Virus record (IMG/VR): IMGVR_UViG_3300012948_000218
Location: 1-26,989 of that record
DNA: 26,989 bases
Direction: 5' to 3' (one strand)
DNA from: a virus
Taxonomy: Duplodnaviria; Caudoviricetes
Part shown: piece by piece, positions 1-7,049 of the stretch
Layout: each line of letters starts with the position of its first letter
Position numbering within the stretch: the stretch's first letter is position 1
Position numbers and translations under genes: made by a program
Notes under the pieces: model-generated
Told to the model about the DNA's origin: nothing
Seen by the model: only the letters and a program-made list of their open reading frames with translations
The model's database searches: none

Positions 1-81
1 ACAGCATTTCGTCAACCTGCACGGCGCGTCCCACTCCCGCTCGCGGCTGCACACTTCCTCCCACTTTCTTTGCGCCCTCGC

Positions 82-171
82 ACTTTTTTCTTGATTCGTC
101 CTGGCCTGGCTCAGTCGAGGGCCATCCGCCGCTGACAGAGTCGGATCGCACGCAGAAAACTTTTTTCTTGA
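82..171. repeat. 13-bp direct repeat ACTTTTTTCTTGA (82-94 and 159-171)
   Basis: Two exact copies read directly. The second runs into TTGACA at 168-173. Confidence 0.7.
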
Positions 172-323
172 CACTCGCGCTGTTTTGTGGTTAGCGCCCT
201 TACATTCATGAAACACGCTCATTACATGAATCCCACATTCTTGCATGATCGTCCGTTTGAGTACAAGTCGCCGGTCGATTGTCAAGCTTTTTTTTGAGAA
301 ATTCTGCGTTGGGGGGTGGAAAC

Positions 324-521
324 GTGTCACAAACTGAGAAGTTGGTCGTCGGAATCGAGCCGGTTGCAGCCTGGAATGGCATCGAGCGCCGCGTCGGTCC
401 TGCTGATCGCCGTGCGAATGCTCACGACCGTCGTTGGGAGACGTGTCGCGGTCGGCGTTACCGCTTAACCGATCGTCGAAAGACTGCGGCTAATGCGCGC
501 TGGCGCGGAGGATCGAAATGA
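324..521 (+). CDS. Small Arg-rich protein with tandem [D/E]RR repeats (65 aa)
   Basis: GTG at 324 after a G-rich SD-like stretch. WNGIERR-x4-DRR-x4-DRR-x5-GRR-x4-DRR. Stop overlaps the next ATG (ATGA). Confidence 0.65.
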   Translation: MSQTEKLVVGIEPVAAWNGIERRVGPADRRANAHDRRWETCRGRRYRLTDRRKTAANARWRGGSK

Positions 522-691
522 TTGAGCTGGTTTTGATGATTGCGTTGCTGGGCCTGGTTGTCTGGGTGCTCGTCACCTACATTCCGATGCCGCCACCCTT
601 CAAGACAATCATCATCGTCGTTGCAGCGCTTCTGGTGATCTTGTACGTGATGCGTGCTTTGGGAATTCCGGATATTCCTCTGCGTCGATGA
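518..691 (+). CDS. Small two-TM membrane protein (57 aa), Thivi_2564-like; absent from the ORF track
   Basis: Hand translation MIELVLMIALLGLVVWVLVTYIPMPPPFKTIIIVVAALLVILYVMRALGIPDIPLRR. GGAGG SD, ATGA overlaps at both ends, TM-YIPMPxPxK-TM pattern. Confidence 0.85.
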   Translation: MIELVLMIALLGLVVWVLVTYIPMPPPFKTIIIVVAALLVILYVMRALGIPDIPLRR

Positions 692-1029
692 CACCGGAGC
701 AGCGCGGTGATGCGGCGACGTCTGACTTGTTCGTGCTCACGCCGGAGCAGGAGCTGCTTCGTCGTCGTCGCATCAATCTGCTGCTCGATGTCACGCAGGC
801 GCTCATCGCCCTCGCTGTGACTGGCGTCACGCTTTACGTGTCCGCGCGCCTCGCGCTCGCATTCGATTCCGCCGGCGCGACTGCCGCTTCGTTGTTGTTG
901 AGCAATGCTTTCTTTTTAGTGATTGGGTTCTATTTCGGGAGGTCGAACCCGCGGCCTGGTCAGCGCGTGACCGACGTGCCGCAGCCGACGACGACGACGA
1001 CGACGAACGGCGGCGGCGCTCGCGGCTGA
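688..1029 (+). CDS. Two-TM membrane protein, putative holin
   Basis: Two hydrophobic helices ending in VIGFYFGRS, a pattern common in phage holin-like proteins. Polar Thr-rich tail encoded by (ACG)6 at 988-1005. Confidence 0.6.
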   Translation: MTPEQRGDAATSDLFVLTPEQELLRRRRINLLLDVTQALIALAVTGVTLYVSARLALAFDSAGATAASLLLSNAFFLVIGFYFGRSNPRPGQRVTDVPQPTTTTTTNGGGARG

Positions 1030-1153
1030 CGACACCACGAGTACCACAAGTGGTGCAACGCCAATTGCAGTTCACAGAACCGCCCGTCTTGCTCAGTTGT
1101 GGCGGACCGACTTTTACTGTGTGATGCCCACAGAATGTGCATAGCACCATCAC
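827..1153 (-). CDS. Zn-ribbon protein with low-complexity tail antisense to the holin-like gene
   Basis: CTFC and CTTC pairs in the first 36 aa. Start overlaps the upstream stop (ATGA). Confidence 0.5.
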   Translation of the reverse strand: MMVLCTFCGHHTVKVGPPQLSKTGGSVNCNWRCTTCGTRGVVSRERRRRSSSSSSSAAARRSRADQAAGSTSRNRTQSLKRKHCSTTTKRQSRRRNRMRARGARTRKA

Positions 1154-1469
1154 ATCACTTCATCCTTATCGGGTGGCGGTTTCCATCCGAACCCATCATC
1201 GGCGTGCAGATCCTGCGTCTCTCGCTGCTGACAATAATCCTCTAATGCTTTTGCGCCAACATCGCCGGTCGTCTCGACAACGTAGAGCAGCGCGAGCTGC
1301 AGACGCGTGCGCTGCTGACAATAATCCTCTAATGCTTTTGCGCCAACATCGCCGGTCGCCTCGACAACGTAGAGCAGCGCGAGCTGCAGACGCGTGATGC
1401 AGAACGGCATCAGTTGTGGTGCGACAACGGTCCGTTGAGCAATTGATTGAAGCGTTCTGTCGTCATCAT
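1150..1469 (-). pseudogene. Hypothetical gene with apparent frameshift near 1415 and internal 29-codon duplication
   Basis: ATG at 1469 is coupled to the upstream stop and reads MMTTERFNQLLNGPLSHHN*. One added C gives ...LSHPQLMPFCITRL..., continuous with ORF 1150-1410. Two coupled ORFs (TGATG) is the alternative. Confidence 0.5.
1223..1396. repeat. Tandem duplication, 2 x 87 bp
   Basis: 1223-1309 and 1310-1396 are identical except T1272/C1359. Confidence 0.95.
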
Positions 1470-1769
1470 TGCACTCTCAATCTGCTGTCATGTAGCCACG
1501 GCTTCACACAGTGCTCGCAGAAGCACTGCAGATCATCCTGCACGTGTTCGAAAGCGCCCCCGAATAGTGCGGCACACACACCACACAGTAAACGGCCCAA
1601 GTCCTTATCACTGGCTGCAATGACTTCCACCGCAGGGCGACTGCCTGTCGATGATGTGACGACAGATGACATATCCCATGTGCGGCCCGTCCCGATGATG
1701 ATCGCATTCGACGAACGGATACCGCGTACTTCCATCTCGGTTGCGTCGTCGCCTCTTCTTGGGTTTCAT
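1466..1769 (-). pseudogene. Cys/His-rich Zn-binding protein with apparent frameshift near 1646
   Basis: ATG at 1769 overlaps the upstream stop and reads MKPKKRRRR...VECDHH...GYVICRHIID. Removing one base joins it to GSRPAVEV...LLCGVC...CFCEHC, ending at 1466. Confidence 0.55.
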
Positions 1770-2227
1770 GGCGTGTAGGGTTTTGCGGTGCGGAGGAAGC
1801 CCAGTCCCTTGCGTTTCAGATAGCCATGCCGGATCAGGACGCCGACTGCGACGTTGCGCGTCGGCACGTGCGAGCGTTCCGCTGCTTCCTCGAGCGTCCG
1901 CATTTCTTTGCGATCGAATGCGTCCAATACACGTGACGTCGTCTCGCGCGCCCTGTTCCGCTTCGACTGCGTGATGTCCAGCGGCGACGGCGGCGCGAAT
2001 GTCGCGATAGTCGCGTTACCGTTGTCGCCTAACGTCCCTGCAGGAATGAGCTCGGCTGGATCGTAGGTCTGCGTCACCGCCGTCATGCCGTTGTTCATCA
2101 CGACTTCGAATTTCCGCGGTCGATTGTCCTGCAGTACTCGGAGCGCCGCGCGCAGCGCGTCCAGTTCCTTCATGCGTGTTTCGATCTCTGCCATCACTGC
2201 GGCGACCGATGGATTCTGATCACTCAT
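1766..2227 (-). CDS. Hypothetical protein, N-terminal coiled coil and C-terminal winged-helix-like region
   Basis: AAGGAG SD before ATG 2227. C-terminal TLEEAAERS...GVLIRHGYLKRKG pattern. Confidence 0.75.
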   Translation of the reverse strand: MSDQNPSVAAVMAEIETRMKELDALRAALRVLQDNRPRKFEVVMNNGMTAVTQTYDPAELIPAGTLGDNGNATIATFAPPSPLDITQSKRNRARETTSRVLDAFDRKEMRTLEEAAERSHVPTRNVAVGVLIRHGYLKRKGLGFLRTAKPYTP

Positions 2228-2436
2228 GTTGTCTCCTTCGTTGGTGCCCACAGGGTGTGGCAGTTCGGGCACCAGAACTTGCCTGGCTCTGTTCGTGAGA
2301 GGCGCGCGTCTCTTCGACTACACGTCGGACAGGCGGCGGATGTCAGTGCGTTTCGGAGCTTGCGGTCGGCCGGCAGCTTCATCATGCTTCGCTTGCCGGC
2401 GCGTTTGAGTCCCATTTTTTCGTTGATGTTCGTCAT
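2224..2436 (-). CDS. Small basic Zn-ribbon protein
   Basis: CPTC...WCPNC. Stop coupled to the next start. Confidence 0.75.
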   Translation of the reverse strand: MTNINEKMGLKRAGKRSMMKLPADRKLRNALTSAACPTCSRRDARLSRTEPGKFWCPNCHTLWAPTKETT

Positions 2437-2590
2437 GTTCGTTCAGCCAGTCCTCGAGCAGTGTCCGCAGATACGACGACGGCGTGCGCCGCGCGATCTG
2501 CGCTAGCTTGAGCAGTTTTTTCTGCATGTGCCACGAGATGCGGCAACTAACACTGACGAGTTTCTCGGAATTCTGGAGTGTTTTGCCCAT
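2318..2590 (-). CDS. RHH (CopG/Arc-like) transcriptional regulator
   Basis: VSVSCRIS strand, then helices QKKLLKLAQIARR and TPSSYLRTLLEDWL. The tail overlaps the next gene by 119 nt. Confidence 0.75.
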   Translation of the reverse strand: MGKTLQNSEKLVSVSCRISWHMQKKLLKLAQIARRTPSSYLRTLLEDWLNEHDEHQRKNGTQTRRQAKHDEAAGRPQAPKRTDIRRLSDV

Positions 2591-2601
2591 TGTGACCGAT
2601 G

Positions 2602-2631
2602 AGTCTAGTCCAACGTCCACATCGTTGACAA
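2602..2631 (-). promoter_or_regulatory. Putative sigma70-type leftward promoter TTGTCA-N18-TAGACT
   Basis: Read on the minus strand. The -10 ends 11 nt before the RHH ATG, so the transcript would be near-leaderless. Confidence 0.55.
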
Positions 2632-2633
2632 GC

Positions 2634-2662
2634 TAGACGTCGTAGACCGTCTGCCCTACACT
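2634..2662 (+). promoter_or_regulatory. Putative rightward promoter TAGACG-N17-TACACT
   Basis: Hexamers at 2634-2639 and 2657-2662, followed by SD GGAGGT (2671-2676) and ATG 2680. Confidence 0.55.
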
Positions 2663-2679
2663 CTCCGACTGGAGGTGTT

Positions 2680-3060
2680 ATGGATGTCAGCGTTGATGCA
2701 CGTGGAAGTGTCCCGTGGAACATTCCACCACGACGGTATGGGCGACGGTCCCATGCGTGCTCTGGATGTCGCGGGCCACGCGATCGTGGACCGAACCAAG
2801 CCTACTGTCGGAAGTGCCACGCCGCGTACGCCCGCGCGCATCGCCGGAAGCATTCAGAGCTGGACCCAGAAGCACGACGCCGCGCGAATTGCCGCACGCT
2901 GACAGGCATGCTCGTGTCGAGAGGCAAGATGGAGAAGACGCCGTGTGCGTGCGGCGCAACCGACGTCACCGCCGTGCATCACGACTACAGCGATGCCTGG
3001 GCGGTGACGTGGTGCTGCAAGCGCTGTCGTGCGGGCTTGTCGGCGAGCGCAGCAGCCTAG
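2680..3060 (+). CDS. Zn-finger / HNH-like protein
   Basis: CSGC, YCRKCH, then RGKMEKTPCACG...HHDYS...VTWCCKRC, matching the phage HHxDYSxPLxVxWLCxxCH HNH-like pattern. The final His is Arg here. Confidence 0.75.
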   Translation: MDVSVDARGSVPWNIPPRRYGRRSHACSGCRGPRDRGPNQAYCRKCHAAYARAHRRKHSELDPEARRRANCRTLTGMLVSRGKMEKTPCACGATDVTAVHHDYSDAWAVTWCCKRCRAGLSASAAA

Positions 3061-4415
3061 ACGCTCGCTGCGATCAGGGTGCCGGTTGGATAGCCGACGG
3101 CACCCGGATCGTGGTCCGTGATGTCGTAGACCATGTCCGGCATCAGGTTCTGCAGGTTCGCGCACGCCGGCGGCACGTCCATACCGCCATCGTCAACTTT
3201 CCATCCGTACTCGGAGGTGAAGTACTTCCAGTTACGGAGAGTCAGTCCCGCGGGTTGATTCGGTGTGTTCGCGAACGTGCCCAAGCTGTTCATGTTCACG
3301 CCTTCCATCGTGATCGCCTCGAGCGTCACTTGCTGCGGTCGCCCGTTGAACATCACGCCACGTCCGCTGCCGTACCAACCTTGTGCATGATCGGCCCATG
3401 GTCCGTCTGGATTCATCTCGGTGAACGAACAGTTCCGCACCGTGAGGCCGACGAGATCACCGCTGTCGTACTGGTCATCGTGTCCGAGAATGTTGATACC
3501 GCCGCCGCCCTTGCTGCAGCGACAGCGCTCGACGAGGACGTCGCTGATGTGTGACCACGGAGCGGTGCCGTCCTGATTCCTGACCGTGAAGACCATCAGA
3601 TACGCGCCTTGTCCTTCCGCGATGCCGCCATACTCGAGCACGCAATCCGACATGTAGACGTGCTCGCAACTTTTCAGTTCGAACGGTGTTTTGATTTGCG
3701 CGCCGGCGGCGTACCACTTCGGATTCTTCGTCAGCGTGCAATCGGTGATGCGAATATTCTTGCAGATCCGATCCGCGGCTGGTGAATCGGCGCCGCCGAA
3801 CATGATCGTTTCGGCACCGCCGCAAAAAAAGTTGCGGTCCAGTTCCAGTCCGTCGAGATCCTGCCACGCACCGACGACGCACGTATCACGACCAGGGCGG
3901 AAGATGTTGTTCGCGTAGCAGCCCACAAGTTTGATCTGCTTGCCCTCGACGCGCCAGCCACGTCGCAGGCCGTTCGTCGGATCGCCGAGTCCGACGCAGC
4001 GATCGAACGTGACATTGCGTCCACGCACGACGTAGAGCTCGTAGTCGGGATTCTGCTGCTTGCAGCCAATGCCGGTGAACGTGACATCGGTCGCATCGTC
4101 GGCGATGAAGACCGTCTGCTCAGCCCACGCAGTGAGCCACACCGGACAGTCGGCCGTCGCGATGCTGCCGAGTGGCGGCGGATTCGGTCCGATGAAGCGC
4201 AGACTTTTGTGAATCTCAAGCGTGCCATCGTAGGTGCCTGCCGCGAGCCGCAACGTTGCTCCGACCGGCGCGCCGTCGATGGCGGCCTGCACGCTCTGTC
4301 CCGGCGTGACGTCGATCACGGTGCCGTCGGGCGGCGATGCGCCCAGCGCGAGCTGCACCGACGTGATCTGCTGCTTCGCGAGATCCAACTCGGCGATCAT
4401 TTCTTCGTTGGTCAT
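3057..4415 (-). CDS. Right-handed parallel beta-helix (pectin-lyase-like) protein
   Basis: VTPGQSVQAAIDGAPVGATLRLAAGTY cap motif followed by beta-helix coils. GAGGA SD and ATGA coupling at 4415. Confidence 0.85.
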   Translation of the reverse strand: MTNEEMIAELDLAKQQITSVQLALGASPPDGTVIDVTPGQSVQAAIDGAPVGATLRLAAGTYDGTLEIHKSLRFIGPNPPPLGSIATADCPVWLTAWAEQTVFIADDATDVTFTGIGCKQQNPDYELYVVRGRNVTFDRCVGLGDPTNGLRRGWRVEGKQIKLVGCYANNIFRPGRDTCVVGAWQDLDGLELDRNFFCGGAETIMFGGADSPAADRICKNIRITDCTLTKNPKWYAAGAQIKTPFELKSCEHVYMSDCVLEYGGIAEGQGAYLMVFTVRNQDGTAPWSHISDVLVERCRCSKGGGGINILGHDDQYDSGDLVGLTVRNCSFTEMNPDGPWADHAQGWYGSGRGVMFNGRPQQVTLEAITMEGVNMNSLGTFANTPNQPAGLTLRNWKYFTSEYGWKVDDGGMDVPPACANLQNLMPDMVYDITDHDPGAVGYPTGTLIAASV

Positions 4416-5575
4416 GGGATCCTCATGCCCTGCGCCCATGCGCTGGCGATTGCATCATCGATCGAACCTGGCGGAATCAGCGCAGCCTTCTGGCCACACC
4501 GCATGTGCAGGACCGCGGCGGCCCAGCCGCTCGCGTAGTTGCGCGCGTAGCGCCAGCAGATCGCGGGATCGAGAAACGGATCACCGCTGCCATCGGTGCC
4601 CATGCGCGGCGGTTCATCGGCGAAGAGCGGCACGACGTAGCGGTAGTCGAACTGGATGTAAGTCTGCGACGCGACGGTGTCGTCGAGTCCTTTCGGATAA
4701 TCGCGCCGGTTGTGGTACTCGCAGAAGGTCGCACCCTCCGGATCGGGCGGACCTTCGTGCTCGCCTTTTTCGATCGTCCACGATCCACGACTCCACCACT
4801 TCATGTTCGGATTCTGCAACGCGTACGGATCGAATCCATTTTTGTCGGCTTCGTTGCCGCCGCTCAAGAATACGAAGTCCTGATACGGCCGCAGCACGTC
4901 GGCGATGTGTAGCCACTGCGACATCGGCGTGTTGAGCACCTGGTTGTCGGCGAAGACTGCCAACAGCAGATAGATGCCGACTTCACTGAGACGCTCCACG
5001 AGCTCGGTGACGGCGAGATCGTAGTTCGGTTCGTCTGGACGCACTGTGTAGTAGCCGTTCTCAGTGCTCGACGCCTGCGCGAACACGCGCCACAGATTGA
5101 AGCCGTAGTGCATGCTTTCGTCGATATAGGGCTGGAGATCGACACCGTCGAGCACCATGCGGATCGCGGTGAACTGATCGTGCCCGCAGAGTGAGACTCG
5201 AGCGCTGTCCTTCTGCCGACGCATGGTGACGCCGTCGGCGACGAGTGGTTCGCACGGTTGACCGAGAACGATCGGCGGCGGTGTCGGACCGGGATCAGGT
5301 TCGGGTGCAGGTTCGGGTTCCGGTGGCCGCTCGCGGTAGGCAACAGCTTCGGGTTGATCATGGAGCCACGCGCGAATCTGCTCGCCCGTACTGCCCTGGA
5401 ACGCCATCATCAGCATGATTGCGCCGGCGGCATCGTCAGCCGTCGGAGACGGTGCCAGATACACGTCGCGGCCGATCTCCTCCATGCTGATCGTGCGAAT
5501 CGTGCCGAGATTCGGTCCGGCGAGAAACTCAATGAACCGCTCGGTTGTGAGATCGGTCGGAAACGTTGTGCTCAT
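4412..5575 (-). CDS. Modular protein: helical N-domain, Pro/Glu linker and clan GH-A (GH5-like) TIM-barrel hydrolase
   Basis: GGAGG SD. Linker PPEPEPAPEPDPGPTPPP. GFNLWRVF, GIYLLLAVF, GGNE (acid/base-like, 4850-4855) and PLFADEP (nucleophile-like, 4613-4615). Confidence 0.7.
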   Translation of the reverse strand: MSTTFPTDLTTERFIEFLAGPNLGTIRTISMEEIGRDVYLAPSPTADDAAGAIMLMMAFQGSTGEQIRAWLHDQPEAVAYRERPPEPEPAPEPDPGPTPPPIVLGQPCEPLVADGVTMRRQKDSARVSLCGHDQFTAIRMVLDGVDLQPYIDESMHYGFNLWRVFAQASSTENGYYTVRPDEPNYDLAVTELVERLSEVGIYLLLAVFADNQVLNTPMSQWLHIADVLRPYQDFVFLSGGNEADKNGFDPYALQNPNMKWWSRGSWTIEKGEHEGPPDPEGATFCEYHNRRDYPKGLDDTVASQTYIQFDYRYVVPLFADEPPRMGTDGSGDPFLDPAICWRYARNYASGWAAAVLHMRCGQKAALIPPGSIDDAIASAWAQGMRIP

Positions 5576-5765
5576 CACGCGCCTCCAGACGATGCAGCCA
5601 GCTCCACATCTCCCACGACAAGACGAAGTGCGGCGGTGGTGATTCGGACGTTGCTGCCACGACACGCGTGAACGCGCAGCGCGCGAGTCGCGGGGGCAAC
5701 CGTTCCGCGATCCACCAGCACACGTGATCCCACAAGCCATCCGGCGAGGTCAGGTACCGCCACAT
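5529..5765 (-). CDS. Trp-rich hypothetical protein
   Basis: GGGAGG SD before ATG 5765, coupled to the upstream stop. Confidence 0.65.
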   Translation of the reverse strand: MWRYLTSPDGLWDHVCWWIAERLPPRLARCAFTRVVAATSESPPPHFVLSWEMWSWLHRLEARDEHNVSDRSHNRAVH

Positions 5766-5917
5766 CACCGATCCTCCCGAATGTGTGATTGAAGCCAGCC
5801 CTCGGAGACGTTGTCGATGCTGTCCACATCGAACGACGACATGACGAGCGCGCACCACAGCGCGACGGCCATGGCGGCGAAGCCGACGACGAGCAGGACG
5901 ACGACGAGCGTGAACAT
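5765..5917 (-). CDS. Single-TM micro-protein (50 aa); absent from the ORF track
   Basis: Hand translation MFTLVVVLLVVGFAAMAVALWCALVMSSFDVDSIDNVSEGWLQSHIREDR. Purine-rich SD-like sequence upstream and TGATG coupling downstream. Confidence 0.7.
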   Translation of the reverse strand: MFTLVVVLLVVGFAAMAVALWCALVMSSFDVDSIDNVSEGWLQSHIREDR

Positions 5918-5920
5918 GGC

Positions 5921-6181
5921 TCATCCCTCCTCATCGCGATACGGCAACCACTCGCGCGGCGCTGCCGCGGCGACGTGGGCGAAGTCGCCGGACGTCTGCT
6001 GACGTGGCTCGACGACGAGTGGAGGCAAATCCGGCACGTGCCCGCCCGCGCAGGCCGCGCATCGGTAGAGTACGCCTCGAGCGGTCGGAAACCTAAACTC
6101 AAGCATGGGCGCGCCCCGTGCCTGCCGCGCGCCGCAGTAGCCGCACATCCGGTCCCGACTGGTCCGCGCCCAGATGGCCAT
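5921..6181 (-). CDS. Small Zn-finger protein
   Basis: CGYCG...YRCAAC, directly downstream of the initiator gene. Confidence 0.7.
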   Translation of the reverse strand: MAIWARTSRDRMCGYCGARQARGAPMLEFRFPTARGVLYRCAACAGGHVPDLPPLVVEPRQQTSGDFAHVAAAAPREWLPYRDEEG

Positions 6182-6182
6182 G

Positions 6183-6740
6183 TCAATGACTGCGCTTCAG
6201 TCGTTCCCGATTTCGGTTCAGGGCGGCTGCCATCTGACGCCTGATCTCGGTTGGGTCACTTTCGCTTTTTCCGTTTCCGTTGGAAGGCTGGGAAGGAGGG
6301 CTGTTACTAATTACATGATCTATGGATCCTGTACGGATCGGATCCTTAAGATCCGCGCGGACAAAATGTCCGGTTTGCGCGGACAAAATGTCCGTCGCTT
6401 TTTCTTCGCCGGACAAAATGTCCGGACATTTTGTCCGGGTACTTTCGCCTTCCAGACATCGGAGGTGATACAACTCAGCCGGTGGAATCTTGGCGTTCAA
6501 TGGCACGACCTTCCCGATGTTCTCGACAATGTCGAGTTCGCCAGCGGTCGTCAGTCGCCGCAGGATGCGGCGCACGGAACGCTCATCTAGGCCGGTTTGG
6601 CGGCAGATTAGTTTGCGAGGAATCCAGGCGAGTGTGCCGTCGTCAGGTGCGTAGTTCGCGATGCACAGCAGGACGAGGAGGTCGTTTCGTTTGACGCGGT
6701 CTTGTCCGGTGAGCAGCCGGTCAAGTGCACGGATGCTCAT
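6183..6740 (-). CDS. Phage replication initiator-like protein with N-terminal winged HTH (HTH_36-like)
   Basis: LLVLLCIANYA-DDG-AW-P...ICRQTGLDERSVRRILRRLTTAG. Iteron-like repeats in the middle of the gene, as in lambda O. Confidence 0.8.
   Translation of the reverse strand: MSIRALDRLLTGQDRVKRNDLLVLLCIANYAPDDGTLAWIPRKLICRQTGLDERSVRRILRRLTTAGELDIVENIGKVVPLNAKIPPAELYHLRCLEGESTRTKCPDILSGEEKATDILSAQTGHFVRADLKDPIRTGSIDHVISNSPPSQPSNGNGKSESDPTEIRRQMAAALNRNRERLKRSH
6302..6437. other. Putative replication origin: four 15-bp iterons and an AT/GATC-rich flank
   Basis: CGGACAAAATGTCCG at 6358, 6380 and 6410, inverted copy at 6423-6437. GATC at 6317, 6325, 6336, 6341 and 6350. AT-rich TGTTACTAATTACAT at 6302-6316. 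Confidence 0.8.
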
Positions 6741-6973
6741 CGGATTTCCCGTGACATAACACGCCCCTTTCCGCCCACTTTGAGCGGTGAGACAAGGTGC
6801 TCGACGTCGTCACGGGGGGATAGCGTCGAGCGCGGCGGTTCCGGCAGATGCCGGAGGGGGTTTGACGAAACGCCGACTCTACGCCTGTGAATCCATCGAC
6901 GCAAGCCTGCAAAAATGACAGGTTTTAGCACCACAACTGCTGGTGTCACCTTAGTTGCGGCACACAATACCAT
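6737..6973 (-). CDS. Possible hypothetical protein, or a non-coding leader
   Basis: Stop overlaps the initiator ATG, but there is no clear SD or motif. Confidence 0.3.
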   Translation of the reverse strand: MVLCAATKVTPAVVVLKPVIFAGLRRWIHRRRVGVSSNPLRHLPEPPRSTLSPRDDVEHLVSPLKVGGKGRVMSREIR

Positions 6974-7037
6974 AGGCGTGTGGGTTAGTGGTGGTTTTTG
7001 TACCCATCGGGCCGGGTTGGATTTGGACAAATTCGTG

Positions 7038-7043
7038 TACAAT
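7038..7043 (+). promoter_or_regulatory. -10 element TACAAT for a probable leaderless RHH transcript
   Basis: Six nucleotides separate TACAAT from ATG 7050. No SD and a poor -35. Confidence 0.5.
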
Positions 7044-7049
7044 CCGCGC

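Noticed and set aside
168-285. Strong sigma70 promoters at the two TTGACA hexamers
   Set aside because: Correctly spaced -10 candidates (TAGCGC, TACTCA) lack the conserved final T. Kept only as part of a finding.
1223-1396. CRISPR array or attachment site
   Set aside because: Only two abutting 87-bp copies, with no spacers, cas genes or integrase.
1137-1397. Plus-strand 86-aa repeat ORF
   Set aside because: Shadow of the coupled minus-strand operon, with no SD and an implausible composition.
6358-6437. Rho-independent terminator or transposon ends
   Set aside because: The repeats lie inside the initiator CDS with no transposase nearby. Iterons explain them better.
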